Positions 29,799 through 41,693 of a stretch of DNA of 64,000 bases are shown here, piece by piece. The notes beneath the pieces were generated by a model. That model did no database searches and was not told the origin of the DNA. It saw only the letters and a program-made list of their open reading frames with translations. Both the position numbers and the translations under genes were made by a program. Source of the stretch: Eledone cirrhosa (lineage: Eukaryota). How positions within the stretch are numbered: position 1 is the first letter of the stretch; each line of letters starts with the position of its first letter. The stretch covers positions 124,682,001 through 124,746,000 of the forward strand of contig OZ024742.1 of assembly GCA_964016885.1 (NCBI GenBank), given 5' to 3'.

Positions 29799-32700
29799 CA
29801 TCATTTCCAACATCAAATTTTCCGACCAACCATACCAGGGTAGAGTACCTTAGACTACTGGAAAATGGAATTACCGAGCTTAAGGAATCTCCAGGAATAC
29901 TCGTCCATGCCGACACAACCAACAACATTTACAGCATGGACGTTCAACTTTACCATGGGCTAATTCTCAAGGAATTGAGAAAAAGCTACAAAAAACGCTC
30001 GAGGCTATCCTGGAGGATATCAACATCAAGGCTTATGAGATCGTATCTGGTATTGGCATATAAGATAGGACGGCCCAATTCCAATCAAGGAAGCCGAGGA
30101 TTACGATTAAGGACCACAAACCAAACTCTGAGTCTAACCTGCCGGTCAAACAGGGGGGGGGGGTTATTAGCAAAGCATTTTAGATAAGATCCTGCCAACA
30201 CTTAGGAGTAAAATAAGGTTACAACTCTGGTCCTGCACCAGCCAGGTGCTGGACTGGTTTACATTTTTACCCCACAAACATAGGACTAGCTTCATACAAC
30301 TAGACATCAAAAAATTACTACTCCTCTATCTCCCCGATAGTTCTGAACCAGGCCCTCATATTCGCGATGAATAGGACAGACCTAACGCGCGACGAGGTCC
30401 GAATCATACACGCCGCCAGAAAGACCCTGATCCGATTCGGTGGGGACATATGGACCCAGAGTGACTGGCCAAATACTTTTGACATCACAATGGGCTCCAG
30501 TGACTCCGCCAAGCTAACGGACCTGGTTGGGATATACATACTCTACGAGATCAGGAGCGAAATACCCAACCTGGGTGGCGGACTATACAGAGACGACGCC
30601 CTCTTCACCGTCGTGGACCACAGCACCACAAAGGTCGAACATCTACAAAGGCGAATTAGACGCTTTTTTAGCAAGGTAGGACTTAAAGTTGAGATGGAAC
30701 CCAATAGAAAAGTAGTGTATTTCCTGGGCACCACCAATATCATAAACCCAATGAGAAGCTGGTGTATGTCAACGCTGGGTCCAATCACCCTAGATCTATA
30801 GTTAAGGCCTTAGTTAAGAGTGTCTCTGAAGGATCTTTAACTTGTCTGCCAATAAAGAGATCTTCAATAGTAACGCTCATTATTATAACTCAGCGCTAGC
30901 TAAGGCGTCCCACAGCCATAGGATCAGCTATAACGCTAAGGGACATGATCGAGTTGAGCCAAGGGTCCCTCGGGCCAATAGTCTCAGGGGCATGAGTCGC
31001 CCACCTAATACCACGGTGACCAGTAGTAATACTCCCATACTCCTAACCGCGACCACCCCCGGTAGAAGGTCCCGCATAACCCACCGGTCTAATACCTACA
31101 ACACAGAAGACCACTGTAGTGCGGAGCATAGGCACACCTGCCCCGGCCTCACCGCACGCTGAAACCTCATTGAGCAGGGAGGCCACACCGCGCAGGTTTA
31201 TAGCCCCACGGTGGGCACATATAACCGTCATGATAGTGACCGAACAACGAACGTTACCAGCTCTGCACACCTGAGTAACACCAACCGAGCTCGACCTGAG
31301 CTGTGCACCACCACGGACACCCAACAACACCGCAATATATAGGACCAGGAAGGCCACATGGTATAACCCCCCGTACTCGGTGGGTCTACGTACCAACCTG
31401 GCTAGAACATACTTTAGAGTACTGGATAAATGTTTCCCTAGGGCCCACAGGTACCATAGAATATTCAACAGGCACACGGTGAAACTATCCTACTCACCCA
31501 CATGCTCCGTAGCCCAGCACTTAGCCGGCATAAATAGGAATAGGCTCACTGCCTCTAATACCACCGAAAATCCAGGAGCCACCCAACGTAACCAGAACGC
31601 GGGACGCACGATGCCCGGACAAGCCCAACTAGCACAGCTGAGTCCAACGACCCTGTGCTGAATGTGGTGGCTACCCAGCCAACCCCACATGATGGTAACC
31701 CCACGGTACATGTGCAGGTGCTTAAAAGTCATGCAATTGCAGAAACCCATCACTATGCCCCCTTAGTAATGAATGCATGACGAAAAACGTACTCTACATG
31801 TGCAAGGTCACAACCCCTAACTCGGAGCACCACTACATAGGATCCACGGTGACGAGCTTCAAAGATAGGTATTATAACCACATGCTACTCCTTCAACAGA
31901 ATAGAAAAGTGGAAATGTACGGCCCTTTCTGAATTGATCTGGAAGCTCAAACTTGAAAAGACCCCGCACTCTTTGGTCTGATCCGTGGTTAGAAACGTTC
32001 CCATAGACAGAGGTGGGGCTGGTACTTGTAACCTCTGTCTTAGTGAGACACTCGAGATACTTCATGGCGGATCCAAGCGATTAAACAGAAGGGCCGACTT
32101 ATTCGGCACCTGCAGACACCTTACGACGGGAACTTTCCTCAAGCTATATGGATAAACCCCAGTTATGGCCTCCCACATCGCCCTTTTCCTCCCCTATCCC
32201 CTCCAACCAACCCTAGTAGTAATTTCGGCAACCCTATAATAGGCTAGCACCGTCCCGCAGTTTTTCACACACACACCGCCCCCATAGGTCCACTCCCGTA
32301 GCTCCTCACATATTAGGCAAGCTCTAATGAACTGGCGAGATACATGAAAATGGCAGAGTTCCCCGCCTCCTCGGTAGGTTCCCTACACTCCATTTCAATG
32401 ACCAATGGGTAACAACACTCACCCATAGTTTGTGGTCCCCAAAGTCGATTTTCCACCGGATCCTCTACTGGTTAGAATTCAGCAAAACCACGTTTTTTTA
32501 GCCTTCAGGAAGAGCGATTATCCTAAGGTACTAACCTTATACGTATGAATGCGTGCCCGCAACTGTGCGATGCGTGTGTATACCGGGATTAGGTGAATGT
32601 ACGCACTTACGTGAACGCAACGAAATACTAATACCCCAGGTTGCATTTGAAAAATGTTCGAGTGTATCCTTAAGAATATATTTGTGTATACACTCTTGTA

Positions 32701-32860
32701 TGAATGCACATGTGTATATAGACATACACACGCATCCAGAGGTATACATGTGTTTGTGGATGCGTATATGTCTGTATGTCTGTACTAAGGGATTCGCCTA
32801 AGCTCCAAAGCCACTAACTTATTGCTGTGAATATATATATCACACTCTACTTTTGTCTAG
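29795..32860 (+). mobile_element. Penelope-like retroelement, Hydra-clade-like, GC-rich subfamily, frameshifted
   Basis: VHADTTNNIY; QLDIKNYYSSI-like motif; FDITMGSSDSAKLTDLVG; GLYRDD; WYNPPYS; CNCRNPSLCP; YIGSTVTSFKDRYYNH; CNLCLSE; CRH. Coding ends near 32155; starts at (TA)n. Confidence 0.9.
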
Positions 32861-33348
32861 TCTAAACAATAATTTTTCTTTTTTACAAACACCCACTTTA
32901 CTTTTCTTTAAAAATAACAGCCCCCTCGTTTTATGTCTGCCATATACTTTGATTGGGGGCCTCTTTTGTATATATATACGCACTTGTGTGTACATATATA
33001 TATATACATATCTGTACGGATTTGCATGTGTAGATGTGTGTGTGTGTCTGTGGGGGTGGGTGTGAGTGTATGTACAAGTCAACCAGCACAAGTCTTTTTA
33101 TCTGTAAACTTATTTGTAAAAGTATTTGACTCTAACCATAATTTTCAGTTCCACCCCACATAAATTCCTCAATTTAAGAATGACCTGTAGTATCGAATTT
33201 AATACTATAAACCTCAATTGAATATATATCTGACCAGGAATACTTTTTGTGAAAATCATTCATATCGAACTATTGTCATCTTGGCTGACGGTTTGAACTT
33301 TACAACACCACCTGCCTCTTTGAGGTCAAATACCAATCCTACTAGCAT

Positions 33349-33582
33349 CTACAAACTGACCATTGAGAATTAAGATTATTCCTGCTGACAACATTAAATT
33401 ATCCCAACACGTTCATATGTCCCAAGTGTCTAAAACCACCAACAACACATCCAGAGCTGGCATATCTAAGTACTTATTAACAGCCTGATGAGGTCGTAGC
33501 CATACAATGGCTATCATCGAAATACATATACCAGTAAATAAAGGATTATAAGTTCATGCAATTGACTTATATTTCGTCACTA
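33349..33582 (+). repeat. PLE 3' terminal repeat with degenerate hammerhead (CTGATGA at 33485); inverted homolog at 40180-40412
   Basis: Reverse-complement similarity over about 230 bp; TAGCCAT/ATGGCTA stem followed by GAAA. Confidence 0.85.
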
Positions 33583-33657
33583 TATATATATATATGTATG
33601 TGTATATATATATATGTATATATGTATATATCTGTGTTTATCTTTCATTTATATTTA

Positions 33658-33702
<45 letters not shown>

Positions 33703-33711
33703 ATGTACATC

Positions 33712-33937
33712 TATATTTATAACAGTTAGTCACTCAATGATAAACGTTGATTGCCAGCTAAAGTAACTATAGGGATATAAAAGATACAGAAATGAATATC
33801 AAGGCAAACCAAACAGTGAGTGTGTTATATAATTATTTCTGGCAATATTATAACAATATCACCATCCCCAAATATAACAATATTTGTTTCAACACATGAT
33901 TTTATATCAAAACCCTCGCAAAATAAATTCATTGACG
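33712..33937. repeat. About 225-bp repeat with an inverted copy at 38998-39225
   Basis: High-identity reverse complement, e.g. CACCATCCCCAAATATAACAATATTTGTTTCAAC. Confidence 0.9.
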
Positions 33938-33969
<32 letters not shown>

Positions 33970-34017
33970 ACAGAACACAATCACTGTTTGGTTGGCTTTC
34001 GCTTCTGTGTCTTTTAT

Positions 34018-36256
34018 ATCGGTTAATTTAATTTATTCGGTCCTCAATGTTACCATTGATTGACCAACGGTCGAAAATACAGATATAATATAGACACAAA
34101 CACATATATAAAGTTCTTTCGTTGCACATCTGCAACATCGTCAGTGATGCTATTATGTTTCCTCCCGTTGTATTGAATGCTTACGCCATCTTTATTTAGT
34201 CTGTTTATTTATTTATTTATTTTTATAGTAAGTATGGTTGTGGTATCACTGTACCCATCCATTAACATTGATTTTGTGTGGAAAATGTGGAGTTGATCAT
34301 TGAGAGTGAGGTGGAGTTCTGCGACGTCGACATATGCGAACTGGGCCTCCTACTTAGACTTACTTATGACACTGACTACCTAGACAGCCATGACCTTAGA
34401 CGTTTCTGCCCCAGTAGACCCATAAGAGGTAGACCCCGCACCATAACCTCACTGGCAAAAAAGACTACCATGGGAAGCTAGATGGGGTGGACCAAAGATA
34501 TACGGACACCCCAAAACAATGATCAGGTAAGAAAAATGGTTGCACATGCAATAGGGGCTAGTATTAAAACTACTCTAAAGGGCCACATATTCAAATTCAA
34601 CGAGAAGATCTACACCCAAAATGAGGGAGCAGCCATTTGCGTCAGCATACCTGGTGTCGTTGTCAACCTGTTTATGGTATGGTGGGAAAGGAGACTCAAA
34701 GATCTCCTGATGAGAGCTCCATAGACCTCATCATGTACTCTCGTTATGTAGACAACATCAATATAGTAATAAGGATATCCCCACAAGAGAGTACTAACAA
34801 GTTTGATTTAGAACGTAGCACAATAGGAAGCATCCAGCAGATAGCTAATTCCATACACCAGAGTTAAACTGTAACTATCGACTACCCTTCCAAACACCCT
34901 AACAATAGACTACCTGTATTAGACACGGAGCTCTGGATTAACACTATAGACGAGAGAGCCCAAATTATCCACTCGCACTATGCTAAACCCATGGCCTCCA
35001 AATACCTGATACTCAAAAACTCAGCAATGTCCAGTAGTGCAAAGTTTAATATTGTGATCGCAGACTTGGTACGAATGATGAAGAACGTGTCCCGCATGTG
35101 CGACCCAACAGAAATGGAAAGACACATCCAACAATTCATCAACCGCATGCAGTTCTCTGGCTACAACCAAAGAGACAGAATCAGAGTATACGAAGGAGCC
35201 ACGGAGAAGTATAAGACCCTCATAGAACTGGACATGAAAGAAATGTGCCCATTATACAGGAGCAAATCATAGAATAGCTTAGATAGGACTAGACATAAGA
35301 TAGGAAAGCCACCTCATGGTACAACAACCAGAGATACCAGAGTGTCATATTTGTGGACGCTACCCCTGGAGGGAAATTAGGTAACCAGTGTAGAAAGGCC
35401 CTGAGAAAGACCCACTTAAAGATTAAGGTGGTAGAAAAGCCAAGAACCACCATAAAATCCCTGATCAGCAAAATCTACACTTTTAAGAAAACCCTCTGTA
35501 CTAATAGGAAATGTATTATATGTAAAGTAAACCCCCAGATAAACTGTAAAACTAGAAACGTAGTCTATAGCATAAGATGTACAGAGGGTACTTGCAGAAA
35601 CATGACAACAACATACATAGGCGAGACAGCGTGTAGCATAGGTGAAAGGATAGACCAAAACTGGGGGAACTAAAAGGACGATAAAACGGTTCAGTACTAT
35701 ACGAACATGCCAGACAACCACACGACGGTAACATAGACAGCATAGAAATTAGAATAATATCTAAACATAGAAATGACCCAGCAGATAGGCAAATCAGATA
35801 GGCCAGTGAAATAGAACTTAGAAGGCCAAGGCTAAACAGAAAAAATGAATGAAATAACAACACCCAAACAAACAATACTGACCTAAGAGAAGTATAAATA
35901 AATATATAAATACATACACAAGCACAATAACAACAAACACATATAAACACACACTAGTAATCTAAGATAGAATATAATAACCAATACACAGTCACCCAAA
36001 CACGAACACACATCAAACACTATACACACACGCAAACGCATATGCAGAGAAGACAAACAATAAATAAATAAATAAATAAATAAATAAACAGACTAAATAA
36101 AGATGGCGTAGGCATACAATACAACGGGAGGAAACATAATAGCACAACTGACGCTGTTGCAGATGTGCAACGAAAGAACTTTGTTAGACTATATATATGT
36201 GTTTGTGTCTATATTATATCTGTATTTTTGACCGAATAAATTAAATTAAGCGATAT
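34018..36256 (+). mobile_element. Penelope-like retroelement (probably Nematis-like), 5'-truncated, with inverted terminal repeat
   Basis: SLYPSI; QNEGAAI; YSRYVDNI; DYPSKHPNNRLPVLD; YAKPMAS; CTNRKCIIC; NVVYSIRC; YIGET. 34018-34225 is the reverse complement of 36058-36256 and holds CTGACGA-tGTTGCA-gatg-TGCAAC-GAAA. The clade name is from memory of similar proteins. Confidence 0.85.
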
Positions 36257-36413
36257 AATTGTTTTGCTATTTTTAGGAATGCCGAAAATAGCATTTTCTA
36301 ATAATCATCACCATCAACATCACTTTTATTATTATTATTCTTGTGGTTGTTGCTGGTGGTGGTGGTGGTAGGCGACATGACATGGTCGTAGTCATAGTCA
36401 TAGTAGGAGTAAT

Positions 36414-36598
36414 AACTGTTTCTACTTTAGGCACAAGGCCAGCAATTACCCAGTGCATTACTGGTACTTTATTTTATCGACCCCGTAAGGATGAAAGGCA
36501 AAGTCAACCTCGGCGGGATTTGAACTCAGATCGTAAAGGGACGTAACTATGCTGGAAAGCATGGCGTCCGACCTTCTACCGATACTACCAATCCACCC
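36414..36598 (-). mobile_element. Full-length SINE copy
   Basis: Reverse complement of 45002-45187, with A- and B-box-like motifs. Confidence 0.9.
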
Positions 36599-36602
36599 AT
36601 TA

Positions 36603-38975
36603 TTATTGTACATTTAGCTTGGGTTGGAATTTATCAATAACATTATTTTCTTCGATTTTTCTCTTGATTTCACTTGGGCTGTGTAATTTGTAGAATGGAA
36701 ATATAAATATTCTCTGACCACATGTTGCTAGATGGTTACTCAGGGGTATATGACGGATATTTGCGTCTCTGGTTTGCTGTCGGTGCACTCGTGCACGTTC
36801 CGATGGTGCATTTCCAGTTTAACCGACATATAGTCCTTCACAATTTGGGCATTTAATACAGTAAATTAGATTTCTGCTTTTGCAATTCATATTTGCATTT
36901 GGGAATACTTTTCCAGTTTTTTTGTTCATATATTGACCGGCGTGTAAGGATTGACATGGGCCATATCCACTATCATTGCATTTAGATACAGTGAATGATT
37001 GGTCTTTGTTGTTATGGTCAAACTTTGCTTTTGTTAGTAATTGCTTCAAATTTTTTAATTGCTTCAACATTTTTGGCTGTCTTTTACTAAGTGTTAAAGA
37101 TCGGTGTGTGATTAAGCCTTTTTAATTCATTACTCTGAGCAATGAGCGGTAGGTTTGCTTTGGCAGTGTTGAAGATATTCTGGTGACATGGGTTGTGTGT
37201 CATTATAAATGGTATGACCAGTTCTTGGTTTCTTCTTCCTTGGGTTGTCCTAAGTTGTTGTATAGGTATGTTTATAGCCCGCTGTATGCCATTTTCTATA
37301 AGTAGAGATAGGTATTTTTGTTTGAGCAAAAATTCTCTCAGTTCTGTTAGGCGTGTGTTCCTGGTAATTGTATCTTCTGCAATGGTACAAATTCTTCTGG
37401 CTAGGCAGTATTGGATGTTGCGTTTTGTATGATGTGGATGGCACGACTTAAAATTCAGATATTGATGGGTGTCTGTGTGTTTATAATATATATCCGTGTT
37501 AATGGTGGTGTCATTTTTGATTACCATTCTATCTAGGAATGGTAATTTAGTACTACTCATATCTTTTGTGAATTGGAGAGATGGGTGTAGGTTATTCAGG
37601 AGGATATTGAACTCATCCAGAGTGTATAGAGATTCTGTCCAGAAGATGAAACACTCGTCAAGGAATCTTTTCCAAGATTTTTTCAATGTACTTTCTAAAA
37701 TCAGTGCTATATTTCCCTCTATTTCTTGGTAGAGTTGTTGTTCTAAGTATCCCATTACAGAGTTCGCATAAACGGGAGCAAACTTCGTTCTCATCGTTGT
37801 TTGGATGTAATTCTTGCCATTGAAGAGGAAAGTGTTGTTTTCCAGAATAAGTTTGACTGCGTCTAATATAAATGGCGCTGTGAATCTGGTGGGAATCACT
37901 TTTTCCACCTAGTCTTTAACCGCCTTTATTCCTAAATCATGTGTAATGTTGGTGTAAAGGCTTACCACATCAAAAATAAGTAGAAGTGAATTCGTTTCCG
38001 TGGTTTTGGGAAGATGGGACAGGAAGTCGATATCATCCCGGATTGATTAAACTGGGTATGTGAATACATAGTTGTTTCAAAATAATGTCAAAATAATGTC
38101 AACAAAAATGCTTAGACGGTGGGTAGGGCATGTTGGACCAGCTATAATAGGTCTAAGTTTTAAGTCTTTTGGGTGTAGTAATTTAATGTACTCACTGTTT
38201 TGTTCTTTTACTGCCAGTTGGATTTCTTTTGATATATCAACTTTCGGTAGGCCATACAGGTTGCTGGATTTTGGCTCAAAATTGGTGATGTAGTCTCTTT
38301 CCTTATCAGTAAGTGAGTTGTGATATTTTGAAGCCAGATTGTTGATCTTCTTCATGATGTTGTGGTTTATATTTGACGGTATTTCATGATAGAATGTTGT
38401 GTCTTTCAGTTGTTCCTCAACCAAATCTTTGTAGTATTCAGCATCCATTATAACAAGTGCACCCCTTTATCTTCTGCCTGTGTAATTATTATTGTTTATC
38501 ATTTATATACGTGTTATCATTTGTATACGTTTCATTATTATTGTTTTACCATTTGTATACGTTTAAGTGCAGACATTTCTGATTTGATAATGTTTGGCCT
38601 AACATTAGTATTACGTCTAAGAGGAACTTTAGACAGGATGTCAATGTATTGGTCGAGATAGATATATCTTCCTTTTGGCGCAGTGAAATTTGATTTATTC
38701 TTTACTAGTGATTCATCACTCTCATTACTTTTATCAGCGAAGAATGCTACAAGTCGTAATTTTCGACAGAATTCTTGGGTATCCTCCTTCAGTTCTTGGT
38801 GGTTGACTGTTGGTGTCGGTGTGAATTTCAGTCCTTTTGACAGAATTTGCATTTCATCATTGTCAAGATCTCTTTTGGAAAAATTAATTATTTTAGGATC
38901 TACGTGTACAGTTGTTTTGGGTATGTTTCCTCCTGGAGTTTTTCATTTTCATTTTCCGGTTTGTGTTGTCCTGAG
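36603..38975 (-). mobile_element. Penelope-like retroelement, Neptune-like (RT, Zn-finger linker, GIY-YIG), disrupted
   Basis: LSKGLKFTPTP; YGLPK; RPIIAGPTCPT; FDVVSLYTNI; WKRFLDEC; LPFLD; DIYYKHTDTHQYL..SCHP; NCKSRNLIYCIKCPNC...YVG*TG. Confidence 0.9.
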
Positions 38976-39235
38976 GTTAAAAATGGATATATATATATAT
39001 ACGGCAATGAATTTATTTTGCGAGGTTTTTGATATAAAACCATGAGTTGAAACAAATATTGTTATATTTGGGGATGGTGATATTGTTATAATATTGCCAG
39101 AAATAATTATAAAACACACTCACTGTTTGGTTTCCGTTGGTATTCACTTCTGTATCTTTTATATCCCTATAGTTACTTTAGCTGGCAATCAACGTTTATA
39201 ATTGACTGACTAACAGTTATAAATATATATATATA

Positions 39236-40052
39236 TATTCAGCGAGAATCGTATTTCGCCTGGTAGACAAAAAGCGAAACGAAACGTAAAATCGTAGAAA
39301 TGCTGGCAAGCGCTCCAATAGTTAAGAAAAACTAGATCTAAACAATATGTTAAAGCGCCATACAAACCGAAAAGTGGTCAAGAAGGCATTACCCACCTAC
39401 GCCAAAAAACAACTCAAGCTAAACAGGTCAAACAAAATAAATGATATAAACAGACCTGGACCCAAGTGGAAATGATGGTAAAATCCAAATACAGGGTTTC
39501 TATGACACATAAATCAATAATACTGCCTGCTTAAAACTATAAACTTTCAGCATAAAGAACGAACAAGTAATATCACGTTATCAACAGGTATTTTGCTCTT
39601 TAACCAACTTTGTTAGTGACGCAGAACCTTGTAAAGGCTCATGTGTAAGTCACGATGGGAAAATTCCCCAGATTTTGGCAAATGAATTAAGTACGTGTAA
39701 ATCATACAGACAATTGCATAGTTGTAATAAATCGAATAAGCACTCAACCGGGTAGTTTTTAAAATAAACTTATGCAAGTAATCTCTCAATAGAATTATTA
39801 ACAGGTTAATTGTAAAACTCGGGAGATTAATATAAATATATATTCAGGGAGAATCGTATTTCGGCTGGTAGAAAAAGCGAAACGAAACGCAAAATCGTAG
39901 AAATGCTGGCAAGCGCACCAATAGTTAAGAACAACTAGAGCTAAACAATATGTTAAAACGCCATACAAACTGAAAAGTGGTCAAGAAGGCATTACCCACC
40001 TAAGCCAAAAAACAAGTCAAGCTAAACAGGTCAAACAAAATAAATGATATAA
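39236..40052. repeat. Direct repeat of about 215 bp (39236-39450 and 39841-40052), probably a partial-tandem PLE terminus
   Basis: Near-identical GAGAATCGTATTTCG...CAAAATAAATGATATAAA blocks, each preceded by TA-rich sequence. Confidence 0.8.
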
Positions 40053-40107
40053 ATAAATGATATATATAAATATATTATAATTGAGTATAAAAGAAAGATA
40101 AACACAG

Positions 40108-40179
<72 letters not shown>

Positions 40180-40184
<5 letters not shown>

Positions 40185-41330
40185 CGAAACAGAAATCAAT
40201 TGCATGAACTCATAATCCATTATTTACTGCTACATATATTTCGATCATAGCCATTATATGGCTATGAGCTCTTCAGGCAATAGGGAAGTTCTTCGATATG
40301 GCAGCACTGGGTTTTTGGTGTTGGTGGTTTTAGAGCCTTGGGACATATGAGCTTGTTAGGGATAATTTAATGTTGTCAGCAGGAATAATCTTAATACTCA
40401 ATGGTCAGTTTGTGTGTTTCAGTATGGGTCTTGTTGTTGTTAATTCGTTCGTTTCTTTCTGTTCAACATCGATTTCCTTACTTTTATATAAGTTGATTCT
40501 TTAATTTGACTACCTGTTGCCTCATTTCTATGTTTAGATATCATTTTTATTTCTATGTTGTCTACATTAGCATCTTGTTTTTGTCTGACCTATTCATATA
40601 GTACTGAACCGTCGTTTTGTTCTTTTAGTTCACCCCCGTGTTGGTCTATTCCCTCCCATAAGTTTTGTTGGCTTTTCTACCACTTTATTCTTTAAATGGG
40701 TCTTTCTTAGATCTTTTCTTAATTCGTTAGCTAATTCAATCAACTCAAGGGGTCGTACCCACGAACATAACACTCTGGTATCTCTCGTTGTCATACCATG
40801 AAGTGTCTTTCCCTATCTTATGTTTAGTCCTATCTATGTTATTTACATGATTTTCTCCTGTACAGTGTGCAATTCCCTTTCATGTCCATCTTCTGAGGTT
40901 CGTATATTTCCCGGTGGATCCTTTGTACAACCTGATTCTGTCGCTTTGGTTGTAGCCAGGGAACTGCCTGGAATTGATGAAGTGTGTGTATCTCTCCAGT
41001 TCAGTTGGATCGCACATGTGGGATACATTCTTCATCACTATTACCAAGTCTGTGATCAGAATATTAAACATAGCATTATTGGACATCGCTGAGTTTTTGT
41101 GTATGAGGTATTTGGTGGTCATGGGTTTAGCATAACCTGAGTGGAGAATTTCGGTTTTTCTCATTCTCTACTAGTAGTCTATTGCTAGGGTGTTTGGAAT
41201 GGTATTTGATAGTTACTTTGATGATCTGGTGTATGGAATTAGCTATCTGCGGGATGATTCATATGGTGGTAGTTTTTAATTCAGGTTTATTGCGGTACAA
41301 GTATGGGCTATATCGAATATTAATAATAAT
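40180..41330 (-). mobile_element. Decayed second PLE related to 34018-36256, with a different 3' terminus
   Basis: LHSGYAKPMTTKYLIHKNSAMS...CDPTELER matches the 34991 ORF. Confidence 0.85.
40226..40281 (-). ncRNA. Type I hammerhead ribozyme motif with long stem II
   Basis: Minus strand reads ATTGC-CTGAAGA-gcTCATAGCCAT-ata-ATGGCTATGAtc-GAAA-tatatg-TA-GCAGT. Confidence 0.75.
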
Positions 41331-41357
41331 GTTCGTTTCGTTTGTAAACAAGAGGAG

Positions 41358-41410
<53 letters not shown>

Positions 41411-41652
41411 GTGTGTGTGCGTGTGCGTGTGCGTGTGTGTGTGTGTGACAGAGAGAGAGAGAGAGAGAGAGAGCCTGTGTCCGTGAGCATTTATGTAACA
41501 GCTATGCTAGGGCAAGAAATAATAAAGTTTATTTATAATATTCGGAAATGCCAATCATAACACGCTCAGTATGCAAATGAGGCTACACAGCCAATGTATA
41601 CTTAAGAAAATACTATATATTTTCAACCGTTCAACAGACTGGCAGAGGTATA

Positions 41653-41693
41653 CAGTCCTGATGAAGGGTAATGACCCAGAAACATGTTGATTG
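41653..41693 (+). ncRNA. Minimal type I hammerhead ribozyme motif
   Basis: CAGTC-CTGATGA-aGGGT-aatg-ACCCa-GAAA-catg-TT-GATTG; palindromic AACATGTT stem III. Confidence 0.8.
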
